Assembly: GCA_951406725.2 (NCBI GenBank)
Contig: OX597827.1
Span: 75,206,001 to 75,270,000 of the forward strand
Direction: 5' to 3'
DNA length: 64,000 nt
DNA from: Octopus vulgaris
Lineage: Eukaryota
The notes beneath the pieces are model-generated. The model made no database searches, was not told the DNA's origin, and saw nothing but the letters and a program-made list of their open reading frames with translations. Positions within the stretch are counted from its first letter, which is position 1, and every line of letters starts with the position of its first letter. This document shows, in pieces, positions 1 to 12,115 of this stretch. The translations under genes and the position numbers were made by a program.

Positions 1-805
1 ATATATATATAACTAAAGATATATATACACATATACATATATATACGGACAAAACACGCACATATATATTTGTGTGTGCGTGCGCGCGTGTTGGGGCGTT
101 AGAAGACGAAGAGAGTTATACTAAATACATTGCAAGATGATTTTTGATAATTATTGAAATACTCTTCGCTTGGCTAGAAAATATACCTCCACCTAGTAGC
201 AATTACAGCTATCTCCAAACGGGAAGGGGAGATAATCTGCAGAAACCAGCAACTCTCCGTGATTAATATGCCATTAAAGATCGGCTTTTTCTAAAGACAT
301 ATGGACAGCTGCAAGCTCGTTTCTGCTTCAATAGCTCACCAATTGTCCAACCTTGACTCAACCCCGGTCTAAAACTGGTAAAACTGAGAAGAGAACATTA
401 ATATCCTAAGGTAATTTGATTAATTAAAATGGTAATAAGTTAAGGGAAATAGTTCGTTGTGGACAGTGGCATGAATTTGGAGAACAAACCAAAGAATAAT
501 ATGCTAAATACACTTCGATTCAAGAGACTGTAACAGTAAATGTTTCTTAATCTTTTTCATAATATCTCAGAGACATTTACTGTTGTTGGTTGTTTACTGC
601 CTATTCTGAGTATCTGCTGGGAACACATGACGCTGTGTGTGTGTGTGTGAGTGCGTGTGTGTGTGTGTGCGCTCGCGCACACTCTCTCTCCTCCCCCCTC
701 TCTCTCTCCTCCCCTCTCTCCACCCCTCTCCCTCTCTCACTCACCCTCTCTCTTCCCCTTGTCTCTCACGCTCTCTCTCCCTTTCCCTCTCTTTCTCACA
801 CAGAT

Positions 806-1780
806 ATACATTTTGAAAGTTGATTGTTATGGCTGATCAAAGAGTGACCATTAGTTTCACACCTAATATAAGGCTACTTGTCAGACTCAAATTGCCGGAG
901 ACATATACCCTCTCTACAGCTGGAGGGAGAAAAACGTCATGGCCAGTTATTTTAGTAAGCAAAAAACTTCTGGAACTAAACTCTACTAACAAAGCCTTGG
1001 ACGAAGCAGAGTTATTCCCCTTAAATCGCTATCAGTTATGTCTACGATGAGCCTACAAAGAGATCCGAGCCTGGCAGCATTTTCCTGGTCGGCAAATAGG
1101 GATTTCCATGTTTTCAACACGAATTTCCTCTGATGAATGTACTGGTTAAACATCTCCTTTTCGGAGCTTAAAGAAGACCCCCACCCGTCAAGTGAGTTTT
1201 TCAGGATCCTTGCTCTTTCGGCCAAACAAAACTTATATCGTTTGCTCCAGTTAAGGCATGGCAAAGGTTGTAATAGAAGCTTCTATTTAATTATGTATGG
1301 CGTACTCTCGCGTCCCCTCCTCTTTTAAACGCCATACGTAGCAGGCCGGGGACCTTATTCCTCTCTGGTATCCTAAATGAGTATCTGTGGTTGCTCAGAC
1401 GCTGTTTGAGCAGGCCGCTTGTAGATCCGACATATTCCTGTGTTTGAGCTCTTTTGACGGTGATGTTATAACTGCTGCTATTGTTGTTGTTGTTAAGCAA
1501 CAAGACGGGTAAGGGTGATTAGGTGATGGTCTAGGGCTTAGGGGCGGGTGACCCCAGACCTTGGGAGAAAAAAAAACTTTGGTCGTCTTGTAGTCGAGGA
1601 CTCTTCGTTGACGCCCGACACAACTGGGAGGTGGCCCTCGAAGTCGCTGGAAATGGAGATCTCCAGGTCCAAATTCTTGAAGGGCTGCTGCTGTTGCAGT
1701 CGTTGTTGCAGCTGATTCTGCTGTCACTGTCGAGCCGGATGCTGGTGCTGCTGCTATGTGTGTACATACATAAAAACGCA
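806..1780 (-). mobile_element. Penelope-like retroelement 3' fragment (frameshifted GIY-YIG endonuclease plus pLTR)
   Basis: ORF 1291-1503 has EYVGSTSGLLKQRLSNHRYSF (YIG motif and helix). ORF 986-1264 has NWSKRYKFCLAERARIL...EMFNQYIHQRKFVL, resembling the PLE endonuclease C-terminus. An HHR motif lies downstream at 842-888. Confidence 0.8.
842..888 (-). ncRNA. Type I hammerhead ribozyme motif with CUGACAA core variant, in the Penelope pLTR
   Basis: Minus strand reads GAGT-CTGACAA-GTAGCCTtatattAGGTGT-GAAAC-taatg-GTC-ACTC; stem I is GAGT/ACTC. Confidence 0.65.
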
Positions 1781-2933
1781 TATCAGCTGCTACGTATATG
1801 TGTGTGTGTGTGTATCACGTATGCGCATCGTGTGCATCGGACGCTCAAGAATTTTGATTTAAGGAAACGCATCTAGAGAAAAGAAAATTGAGAAACCAAC
1901 AATACAATTTTCAATAACTTGAAGGAAGATGACATTGATTTGAATATATCGATATTTCGGATTCGTGACCATTACACATGAAAGAACAGAAAGAAAAAAT
2001 AATGAGAAGAGTTAAGATTCGAAATTTTGCATCATGATTGCCAATCTCTTTTCATATCTCTCGTTTCTATTCACGTTTTTTCTTGACAAAGTATTTACAG
2101 CCTGAAATATTAATATATTATTATGAATGTGACCAATTTGAATACTTTTTAGTCATGGCTAAGAAAAAGGTACTCAATACTGGGTGTAGAGTAATAGTTA
2201 AATAATGCAAAAGGGTGAATAAATAGAATAGTATGCAGGTATAGTCTTTTCTTACGATTCTCTCTCTCTCCTACTCTTTCTCATTCACTATCTGTGGGGG
2301 GGGGGGAGGTGTACTTTTATTAAAGCTGCAAGGTTATCACAAGGCTGTTACTCAGAGTTCCACAATAAATTTGCTGCTTTAATAAAAGCATATTTACTCT
2401 CCCTTCGTTATTCGAATACAATTTTCCCCACCTTGTTTTGCACTTATATGCTGACCAGTGGGTACATACGTGCATTCATACATACAGGCATACAGACATA
2501 CATACATAACATACATACATACATACAATCAAATTTGGAGATAGTAGTCATCTTATTTTCGATAGACTCCCGCATATATATATATATATACACACATACA
2601 CGCGCACACATATATGTATATATATGTGTGTGTATATATGTGCGCGTGTCTGTGTGTGTGTACGTATCTACGTACGTATGTATGTATGTTTGTATGTATG
2701 TATGTATGTGTGTGTGTATGTATGTATGTATGTGTGTATGTATGTATGTGTGTGTGTGTATATGTATGTATGTATGTATGTATACAAGGTTGCATCTTTA
2801 CATATGCACCGGTAGAATGGGCGTTTTGGAGAAAGACATCATAAGAATGAAAGAGAGGGGAGGAGAGAAAAAGAGAGAGGAGGAGAAAGACTGGACTATG
2901 GTTGCTGAAGTGAGAAAGAATGTGTGTGTGTGT

Positions 2934-3335
2934 GTGTGCACACTTGTTCGTGTATATGTGGGCGTGTGCACATGTCCGTGTGTGTGTGTGTGTCTGTCTG
3001 TGTATGTGTGTGCATGTGTGTGTGTGCGTGTTTCTGACTCAGTGTGTGTGAGTGTGCACGCTTGTTCGTGTATATGTGGGCGTGTGCACGTGTTCGTGTG
3101 CGTGTGTGTGTCTGTCTGTGTATATGTGTGCATGTGTGTGTGCGTGTGTCTGCCTCAGTGTGTGTATGTGTGCGTGTGTGTGTATGTGCACGCTTGTTCT
3201 TGTATATGTGGGCGTGTGCACATGTTCGTGTGTGCGTGTGTGTGTGTGTCTGTCTGTGTATATGTGTGCATGTGTGTGTGTGTGCGTGTGTCTGACTCAG
3301 TGTGTGTGTGTGTATGTGTGTGTGTCTGCCTCGGT
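2934..3335. repeat. Higher-order minisatellite of about 120-130 bp, 3 copies, built from (TG)n
   Basis: The anchors gtgcacgcttgttcgtgtatatgtgggcgtgtgcac and tctgactcagtg recur near 2934, 3053 and 3186. Confidence 0.8.
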
Positions 3336-3338
3336 GTG

Positions 3339-3369
<31 letters not shown>

Positions 3370-4423
3370 TATTGTGTAGGTCGGGTAACCTTAGCAACAA
3401 GTTTCTTTTTGAGATTCCTTGTTACATTTTTTCTCTCTCCTGCTTCGAAATAGATGAGGTTTCAGTGAACTTGTTATTGATACTGTTGCTGAATCAGCGG
3501 GTGTGTGTGTGTGTGTGCGTGTGTGCGTGTGCGTGTGTCTCTCTGTTTGTTTGTATATGTGTGTGCATTTGCCTATGTTCTTGAAGACGTATAGCGAGGA
3601 ACTGGGTAACGTAATTAGAAAATGGGATTACCAGAGATTAGAACACATAAGAGCTGATTTTAGAAACTCTGTGTGTGTGTGTGTGTGTGCGTGTGTGTGT
3701 ATGTGTGTGTGTGTGTGTGTGTTTGTATGTATGTGTGTGTGCGTGTGTTTGTATGTGTGTGTATGCGTGTGTGTGTGTGTGCGTGTGTTTGTATGTGTGT
3801 GTATGTGTGTGCGTGTGTTTGTATGTGTGTGTATGTGTGTGTGTGTATGTGTGTGTGCGTGCGTGTGTTTGTGTGAGTGTGTGTGTGTGTTTGTGTGTGA
3901 GTGTATTTGTGCCTGTGTTTGTCGGTGTGTCGACAGTCTGTGCCTGCCTGCTTCTCTGTACATACATAAATACACACACATACACACACACACACACACA
4001 CGCACGCACACACACACACGCAAAAGATGGTGTGATGCGTCTGGAGAGCATTAGTGCTCGTAACCTGCTTACTCACACCTCGCTGTTACACTCTCCCTCA
4101 TCTGGTGCAATGGGAAGCAATCTAGAATACATGGATCTTCTTTGCTAATGCAGTTTGACCGTCACGAAGGGTTCCCGCCAGTCTTCCTCGTGATCACAGA
4201 CGCATAACTGAATGCATTACAACCTCACATAACTTGAGAAGTAACCTCAAAGATACAATCTACAAGGCTACTCTGGATATCTCTTCAACACACATATTAT
4301 CACTTGCTGCCTTGCGTGGAGTTCAAAGGGATAAGGAAGTTTGCCCTGAGAGAGAGAGAGAGGTGGGATGGAGAAAGAAAGGCTCTAAGTCAGGCTCGTC
4401 TTCTGGTAACCGGTTTCATTTTG

Positions 4424-4656
4424 AAGGCGGCGAGCTAGCAGAATCGTTAGCACGTCGGGCGAAATGCGTAGCCGTATTTCGTCTGCCGTTACGTTGTGAG
4501 TTCAAATTCCGCCGAGGTCGACTTTGCCTTTCATCCTTTCGGGGTCGATAAATTAAGTACCAGTTAAGCACTGGGGTCGATGTAATCAACTTAATACCTA
4601 TGTCTGTCCATGTTTGTCTCCTCTATGTTTAGCCCCTTGTGGGTAATAAAGAAATA
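4424..4656 (+). mobile_element. tRNA-derived SINE, family C (ggcggcgagctggcag...ctttcatcctttcggggtcgataaattaagtacc)
   Basis: A/B-box-like head (gagttcaaattcc). Flanked by TSD ggtttcattttg at 4412-4423 and 4657-4668. Many other copies occur in the window. Confidence 0.85.
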
Positions 4657-5032
4657 GGTTTCATTTTGGAGGTGGTACCATCTGTCATGGCTCACCTTAG
4701 CCACTGGATATCTTTCTTTCGCAGCGAGGATAGTAATACGAAATGTGTCCCTGCAGTATAAAGCTTCCTTGTGCAGGTGTCTTCGCCGTCAAATGCGAAT
4801 CATCAATGTCGCATCTTAAGAGTATTCAGTCATTGAGGCTGTCGAGATATCAAATATGTTTGCGACACAAGAGAACATCACTACTTATTTAGTTTCTTCG
4901 CCTCTGGACACACACAGAGCAGGTGTAGCAAAAATCGTTGCAGTCACGATTTTCTGGATGTCCGCGTGACTGTGTCCTCTGCTGCCGATTACGAAATACA
5001 ATTATTAATCGGCTGCAGATGGTCATCTACGA

Positions 5033-5089
<57 letters not shown>

Positions 5090-5107
5090 GTGTGTGTGTG
5101 TGTGTGT

Positions 5108-5355
5108 AAGAGGTTGTGATTTCAATTCCTAGACCAAGTGGTGTGTTGTGTTTTTGAGCAAAACACTCCATCTCCCGTTACTATGCGATCACTTCGACAT
5201 CTGACGCGTGGCACACCGTGCCTCCGTTCAACCAGCGTCGATTTGATAGAGGAAGTGAACTAATGTACGGCACATACATTTGACCACTATAAACAAATCA
5301 TTTGTGCAGGCCATGTGTGCAAAAGCTGAACGCTTACGCTAAATACGTCGTCCTT
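5108..5355 (+). mobile_element. Degenerate SINE fragment
   Basis: B-box-like gatttcaattcc followed by ttgtgtttttgagcaaaacact, resembling a SINE central domain. Confidence 0.45.
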
Positions 5356-5358
5356 GAC

Positions 5359-5398
<40 letters not shown>

Positions 5399-5410
5399 CG
5401 TACATATGTA

Positions 5411-5454
5411 ATGATGACGAGATATCTCTTATATCCCTGAAACAGCTGTAAGAC
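5411..5454 (+). ncRNA. 5'-truncated hammerhead motif, related to 29872-29926
   Basis: (a)TGATGA-cgagatat-ctctt-atatccct-GAAAC-AGCT-GTA-AGAC; the 5' strand of stem I is lost into the (TA)n tract. Confidence 0.5.
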
Positions 5455-5712
5455 TACCTTTCTCTTTATAAATGCCCTAGAAATATCACACCCCTTGGCT
5501 TTGTTACCTCATTATATTTAGTGTGCTCGCCTTTGTTGTTATAATCCACAATGTTTCGGCTGTTGTGCACTGGCGTTCTTCTGGTAACGGTCGTATTTCA
5601 AACTAAGCCATTCTTTCGGTTCACGAAGACGAATTGTTCTCATTTCATGCTCAATCAGTAATTCTCGTACTATTTGCGGTTCCACTAGAACAAGTGTGTG
5701 TATGCACACTGG

Positions 5713-5786
<74 letters not shown>

Positions 5787-5836
5787 TGTTTCTTTATTAG
5801 CCACGCAGGGCTGCACACAGACGGGACAAATTACAT

Positions 5837-6817
5837 TCAGTTTATGGGAAAGAATGCTTGAATGAAAGAACTTGCAGAAGATGGTTTGTAAAATTCAGAA
5901 GTGGAGACTTCGTCCTTGAAGATGAAGATCGAACAGGACGTCCAGTTGAGTTTGATGATAAGCTCCTTGAGGTATTACTTGCAAAAATCCTACATTATCA
6001 GTTGAAGAATTGGCAATAAAACTTAAACAAGTTGGAAAAGTTCCTAAACTTGGAAAATGGGTGCCTTATGAATTGTCCGAAAGCAACCGCAAATCCCGAG
6101 TTGACATCTGCTCTTGTCTCCATTCTCGCGAACTCATTTCCCCCTTTTTGGAAAGATTTGTGACTGGTGACAAAAAATGGATCTTCTATCGAAATGTTAA
6201 ACGTCGTAAACAGTGGCTTGGTAAAATGGAAAAGGCTCAACCACAACCGAGAAGGGAACTTCATGGGAAAAAGGTTCTTCTCTTTGTCTGGTGGGATTAC
6301 AAAGGGGTAATTCACTTTGAATTGTTACCACCTAATGCAAAAATCAATGCTCAAGTCTACTGTCAGCAATTAGAGTGTTTGAACCAAGCTTTGAAGGAAA
6401 AAGACCCGGTTTAGTGAATCAAAAAGGAGTGATGTTTCATCAAGACAATGCGCGACCCCACACTGCAACGATCACATCACAGAAGATCGAAGAGTTTGGT
6501 TTGGAAAAAATTCCTCATCCACCTTATTCTCCCGACCTTGCTCCTAAAGACTACCATTTGTTTCGTAGTTTACAGAATCATTTGGGGGACATAACTTTCG
6601 CAAGACAGGAGAAGGTTGAAACTGATATTTCGGAGTTCTTTGCTTTGAAACCAAAAGAGTTTTACATTAATGGGATTAAAAAGCTTGTAAATAGATGGAA
6701 GGAAGTCATAGATAATCAGGGAAAGTACATTGATGATATTAACTTTCAATTAAATATAACATTTGATCACTTGGAGTCTTTATCCAAAATTCGGACAGAA
6801 GTTATGGGATGTCCTGA
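5837..6817 (+). mobile_element. Mariner (DD34D) transposon, 5'-truncated, frameshifted transposase
   Basis: WVPYEL, VTGDKKW, HQDNARPH and HPPYSPDLAPKDYHLF, with 34 residues between D2 and D3. Frameshift near 6408. TIR-like ttatgggatgtcctga at about 6802-6817. Confidence 0.92.
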
Positions 6818-6831
6818 TGTGTGTGTGTGTG

Positions 6832-7040
6832 TGATGATGATGATGATGATGATGATGACGATGGTGGTGATGATGATGATGATGGTGGTGATGATGATGA
6901 TGATGATGGTGGTGATGATGATGATGGTGGTGATGATGATGATGATGATGATGATGATGACGATGATGATGATGATTATTATTATTATCATTATTATTAT
7001 TATCATTATTATTATTATCATCTTGATGACAATGATTACT
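6832..7040. repeat. (GAT/GGT)n and (ATT)n trinucleotide microsatellite
   Basis: Direct inspection; it produces the poly-M/D/H/I ORFs. Confidence 0.95.
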
Positions 7041-7465
7041 ATCAAGAAAGCTAAGCGGAGAGTAAAAGAACGTAAAAGAGAACTTATAAGATGGAGACGG
7101 GGGAGACAAAAGGAAGAGGCAAAATGAAAGATACATTGAGATAAGCAGGCGGTTGGCGGAGGTGCGGGTTGGGTTGTAGGCAGGAGGGGGAAGAGGCGTC
7201 TGTTATGTACTATTATATTGCATGTATAAGAGAGAGAGGGGGAGAGAGAGAAGGGAGGTAAGACACATAAAGGGAGAAGCCGAGCAGAGGAAGGAAGAGG
7301 GAATGGAGCAGGTGAGAAAATAGGGCTCACAGCGTATAAGGTGCAAATGAAGCAGCCAGGGGACAGGGTGTGCGTGTCTTCGGGGTATGTGATTCCCCGC
7401 AGTTCTCATTAAAACTCCTTTCATCCACCCATACACCACCAACAACATAACATTACCCGAAATTA

Positions 7466-7538
<73 letters not shown>

Positions 7539-7655
7539 TCGTTCCCTGATAAGGTTTCTTCATCTACCCTAACGTTGTTAGGCCTTCTGCATTTCAAGAC
7601 AAGGAACCATACCTATCAATACATACAGATAGACATGCATACACATAGACATCTT

Positions 7656-8040
7656 ACGGCACTCCGTCGGTTACGACGACGAGGGTTCCGGTTGATCCGA
7701 TCAACGGAACAGCCTGCTCGTGGAATTAACGCGCAAGTGGCTGAGCACTCCACAAACACGTGAACCCTTAACGTAGTTCTCAGGGAGATACAGCGTGACA
7801 CAGTGTATGACAAGGCTGGCCCTTTGAAATACAGGTACAACAGAAACAGGAAAAACGAGTGAGAAAAAGCTGTGGTGAAAGAAAGAGTACAGCAGGGCTC
7901 ACCACCACCTCCTGCCGGAGCCTCGTGGAGCTTCAGGTGTTTTCATTCAATAAACACTCACAACACTCCGTCTGGTAATCGAAACTGCGATCCTATGACC
8001 GCGAGTCCGCTGCCCTAACCACTGGGCCATTGCGCCTCCA
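7656..8040 (-). mobile_element. tRNA-derived SINE, family A (resembles octopus OR-type tRNA-Arg SINEs)
   Basis: Reverse complement begins ggaggcgcaatggcccagtggttagggcagcggactcgcgg (A box, then a B-box-like segment). Homologous to 38718-39099 and 39271-39659. Confidence 0.85.
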
Positions 8041-8385
8041 CATACATAAATACATACATACATACATACATACATACATACATACATACATACATACATA
8101 CACACACACATACACACATACATACATACATAGACACACACACACACATACATACATACATACATACATACATTCATACTTACATACATACATGCATACA
8201 TACATACATACACACATACACACACACATACACACATACATACATACATACACACACCACATATACATACATACATACATACATACATACATACATACAT
8301 ACACACACACACATACATACATACATACATACATACATACATACATACATACATACATACATACATACATACATACATACATACG
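8040..8385. repeat. (CATA)n microsatellite
   Basis: Direct inspection. Confidence 0.95.
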
Positions 8386-8629
8386 TATGTACGTACGTGT
8401 TTGTGAAGTTATAAGTTGGTTTCAAATTTTAGCCCAAGGTCAGCATTTCAGGAAAGAAGGTAAATAGAATGAAAGGCAAAATCGATTTCGGCTGGATTTG
8501 AACTCAGATCGTGCCGTGCTTAACGATCGTGCCAGCTCACCACCTACAACATCAAGTTGTATATTTAAAAACAAAACAAAAGAAAGCAATTTAAAATTTT
8601 AACTTTAAATTGATGCATCGGGCAATGAG

Positions 8630-8850
8630 AGATCATCAAAGCACCTGGTATGGCTTATTATGAGCGTGGGTAGGCCCATATGTGCCCAGTAGCCCTGTGT
8701 AACCTATCGGATACCATTGCCGTGAAATGGCAGAAGATGCGAGCTTACGTGCTCCAAATGTCCACAATGAGACTTGTAAGAGTCTCTCTCTAGTGGAAGC
8801 CTGACAAAGGTAGACCTGTCAAGAACTGAGGGCTATGGAGGAGAATCTGG
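8630..8850 (+). mobile_element. Decayed RTE LINE C-terminal fragment
   Basis: Translates to SDTIAVKWQKMRAYVLQMSTMRLVRVSL*WKPDKGRP, resembling the RTE motif W..GHVLRM...R..L.W.P.GR...GRP. Confidence 0.45.
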
Positions 8851-8924
8851 GATATTCTTTTTACAGCTATATACTATTGACAATTTCGTTTGCATTTTGA
8901 GGGTTTAAGGGCTTCCCTTTTGTC

Positions 8925-9120
8925 CATGCGTAGCCGTATTTCGTCTGCCGTTACGTTCTGGGTTCAAATTCCGCCGAGGTCGACTTTGCTTTTCATCCTT
9001 TCGGGGTCGATAAATTATTAAGTACCAGTTACGCATTGGGGTCGATGTAATCGACTTAATCCGTTTGTCTGTCCTTGTTTGTCCCCTCTGTGTTTAGCCC
9101 CATGTGGGTAGTAAAGAAAT
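8925..9120 (+). mobile_element. SINE family C, 5'-truncated
   Basis: Near-identical to 4464-4656. Confidence 0.85.
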
Positions 9121-10176
9121 ATATATATTTCATAGGTATCACTTTTCCTTGGCTTGCAAGGTAACAACATTTGAAATGTAGCGTAATATGACAGCACCAG
9201 TTTAAGGTTATTCTTCTTGTTAGTATCAACATCACTCTCAAGTTGACGGGAAACATAACCTTATACATAACCTTTTCTATATATACAAAGTGTTTCTCTT
9301 ATACATAAAGGTTCTCTAATCCAGTAATTCCTGTGTTAGGTGAGATCGCATCGTAAGATGAGCACTTATGGAGGAATTCACTCTTGACCCATGACTTGTA
9401 GTTCCCTTCACTTTTGAGCACTTGGGTGATGCATTTATTTTTACTGATGTTGTTTATCAGGTGTTTCAGTCTCAGTAATAAATATGACACCCAAATGCTA
9501 CCTGGTCCTTAGGCCTCTTTTTTTCTTTTTCTTCTTAGACAGGATCTTGAGATTGGTAAAATCACTATTTTCGAGAAAGCTTCTCTTTGAAGTCAAGCTT
9601 TTGCGCGTTTAAATGCCTATGGAGCGGAATTCCCAGATGGACCAGTTGAGTATCCCAAACGTTAGTGTCAATGCCAGTACTGCAAGTGACTTGTGGGATA
9701 ATGTTTTGTTGTTAGATGAAAGCTGTTTGTGTGCATATATACATACACACACACATACACATTTTGCCTCTAACCCCAAATGCCGCCTGATCAGTCCGGC
9801 CATGTCCGAGATTGGCCAGAGCAATAAAGAAATAAATTTATTGTGGGCAATAAAGAAATAAATATTTGTTTTGAACATGAAATTATCCCAAAACCCCAAA
9901 GATAGTTGTGGAGTGAATGTGATGATGGTGGAGGGAGAAGTTGAATATATCTACCTCAGTGATTGCTCAGTATTACTTTGATGAACATTGTAGAGATGAA
10001 AGACAAACTCATCCTTACAATGATTTGAACTCAGAATGTAGAAATACGTCACTATAAACTGCAGGCATTTTGATTAGGTTTCTGTCAACCATCAGCTGCA
10101 CATCTAACAAACCAACTACACATCCAACAAGTAAATAGGGGAAAATTAGGTGGTCACTCTACCAGCTAGAAAGAAT

Positions 10177-10384
10177 CCTTTCCACTAAAGGCACAAGGCA
10201 TGAAATTTGGGAGAGGGGACTAGTCAATTCCATCGACCCCAGTACGCAACTGGTACTTAATTTATTGACCCCAAAAGGATGAAAGGCAAAGTTGACCTCA
10301 GCAGAATTTGAACTCAGAACATAAAGACAGATGAAATGCAGCTAAGCTTTTCACCCAGCATGCTATCAATTCTGCCAGCTCGCC

Positions 10385-10385
<1 letters not shown>
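10177..10385 (-). mobile_element. SINE family C
   Basis: Reverse complement of the family C head and core, ending ccagctcgcc. Confidence 0.75.
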
Positions 10386-10433
<48 letters not shown>

Positions 10434-10549
10434 CAACAACAATGATAATGATTTCCAATTTTGCCACAAGGGCAGATTGGGGGAGGAGATAATGTCAATT
10501 ACATCGACCCCAGTACGCAACTGGTACTTATTTAATCAATCCCGAAAGG

Positions 10550-11345
10550 ATTGGCCAGCGATAATAACCAATCCGGGACCAGCATCACTGAGAGCGTCAC
10601 CGAAGATCCCGGTACCACCGCCACGGATAATGAACAAACCATAGATGCAGAGAGTGTGACCAGTACAAATGCCACACATGGAAATAACCACCTATCCAGA
10701 ACCAATGACTTGAAGGAGATATCTGCCATTCCCAGTTCCTCTCCCTCAGATGAGGACCAAACATTCATCTTCGAACCCGATGGGATGACCAACCCCGTGC
10801 CATATGTTACCAGGAGTGCGAAAAGGGCCACATCACATGTTTATAAATATATAGGTTCGGCAAGTACACCTCAAAGAGCAAGGGCCCCCCGTATGATGTC
10901 AGGTGGAAATTAATTGATTTTTCCGGGCCCGTATATTAATGGAAGTGGCCGTTTCAAGATCTGCTTCGAGGAGAGAACCAAAATTATTAAAGTCTTTAAG
11001 AAGACTGGCGCATTAAACAGCCGTAAAGAAGTGTTTTCTTAATGTATCCACTTCAAGCGCTACTTACTGGAAAATTGGATCACCCTGTTTGCTTGTTAGG
11101 CCTCTCGAGTATATAAAGGATTTTTCCCCCTCTGATAAGGTAAATAACCCGTACCCATTAACAATTTTTCCTATTCCTCAAGTTCTGAGCATTTCTTCGT
11201 GTCTACGATGTAACTATTTTAAAATTTTGTATTCATATAGTGTCTGACAAGCTGTCCACAAGGCTTGCCTTTGTTGTGGGTGCGAAACCTTGGGTAACTC
11301 TATATAAAATTTTGTTATAATATATATATAGAGTCAATAAAATAT
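10550..11345 (+). mobile_element. Penelope-like retroelement 3' fragment (low-complexity linker, GIY-YIG remnant, pLTR)
   Basis: ORF 10551-10913 ends with YKYIGSASTP. From 10928 it translates PYINGSGRFKICFEERTKII...LNSRKEVFS*CIHFKRYLLENW. HHR at 11235-11305. Confidence 0.8.
11235..11305 (+). ncRNA. Type I hammerhead motif with CUGACAA core
   Basis: ATATAGtGT-CTGACAA-GCtgtCCACAA...TTGTGGgtGC-GAAAC-cttgg-GTA-ACTCTATAT. Confidence 0.7.
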
Positions 11346-11417
11346 ATATCAGAAAAGAAGCACACTCCAAAGAATAGAGCAGTCGTTATTAAAACGAAAT
11401 GTTCAATTCTGGTCATT

Positions 11418-11478
11418 GAGTTAACAAAGGTTTCGTATCCACCAAAGCCACAACCTTGTAAACAGCTCGTCAGACTCT
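11418..11478 (-). ncRNA. Type I hammerhead motif with canonical CUGACGA core, in an inverted pLTR copy
   Basis: Minus strand reads GAGT-CTGACGA-gctgtttacaagg...ggtggatac-GAAAC-ctttg-TTA-ACTC; related to 11235-11305. Confidence 0.65.
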
Positions 11479-11496
11479 ATAACAAAGAGATGTTCA

Positions 11497-12115
11497 GTAT
11501 GTATGTATGTATGTATGTATGTATGTATGTATGTATGTATGTGTATGTGTGTGTATGTATGTATGTGTGTACGTATGTATGTATGTATGTATGTGTGTGT
11601 GTACGTATGTATGTATGTATGTATGTATGTATGTATGTGTGTACGTATGTGTGTATGTATGTGTGTATGTATGTATGTATGTGTGTATGTATGTGTGTGT
11701 GTATGTATGTATGTGTGTACGTATGTATGTATGTATGTGTGTACGTATGTATGTATGTGTGTGTGTACGTATGTATGTGTGTACGTATGTATGTATGTAT
11801 GCATGTATGTATGTATGTATGTGTGTACGTATGTATGTATGTATGTGTGTACGTATGTATGTATGTGTGTGTGTATGTATGTATGTATGTATGTATGTAT
11901 GTATGTGTATGTGTGTGTATGTATGTATGTGTGTACGTATGTATGTATGTATGTATGTATGTATGTATGTATGTATGTATGTGTGTACGTATGTATGTAT
12001 GTATGTATGTGTGTATGTATGTATGTATGTATGTATGTATGTATGTGTGTACGTATGTATGTATGTATGCATGTATGTATGTATGTATGCATGTATGTAT
12101 GTATGTATGTATGTA
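11497..12115. repeat. (TATG)n microsatellite, about 620 bp
   Basis: Direct inspection. Confidence 0.95.

Noticed and set aside
297-410. Possible exon between ttttctaaAG and aag/GTAATT
   Set aside because: There are stops in all three frames; a non-coding exon cannot be supported from sequence alone.
6760-7127. Apparent mariner transposase fusion with a long hydrophobic C-terminal extension
   Set aside because: This is read-through of a lost stop into the TIR and (GAT)n/(ATT)n microsatellite; the element is 5'-truncated and frameshifted.
7541-7585. Weak HHR-like remnants here and at about 5545-5590, 15660-15715, 44940-44975 and 56596-56653
   Set aside because: Two or more core positions are wrong or a stem is missing, so they were not counted as supported ribozymes.
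9130-9640. Possible retroelement ORF remnant (also 4020-4330 and 4670-5030)
   Set aside because: Only vague similarity to Penelope N-terminal or RTE endonuclease sequence; too decayed to call without a search.
842-11305. Idea that the shared CUGACAA core in two Penelope HHRs is an A-to-I editing-activated ribozyme
   Set aside because: The related copy at 11418-11478 has canonical CTGACGA, and CG to CA is the expected CpG deamination product, so decay is the simpler explanation.
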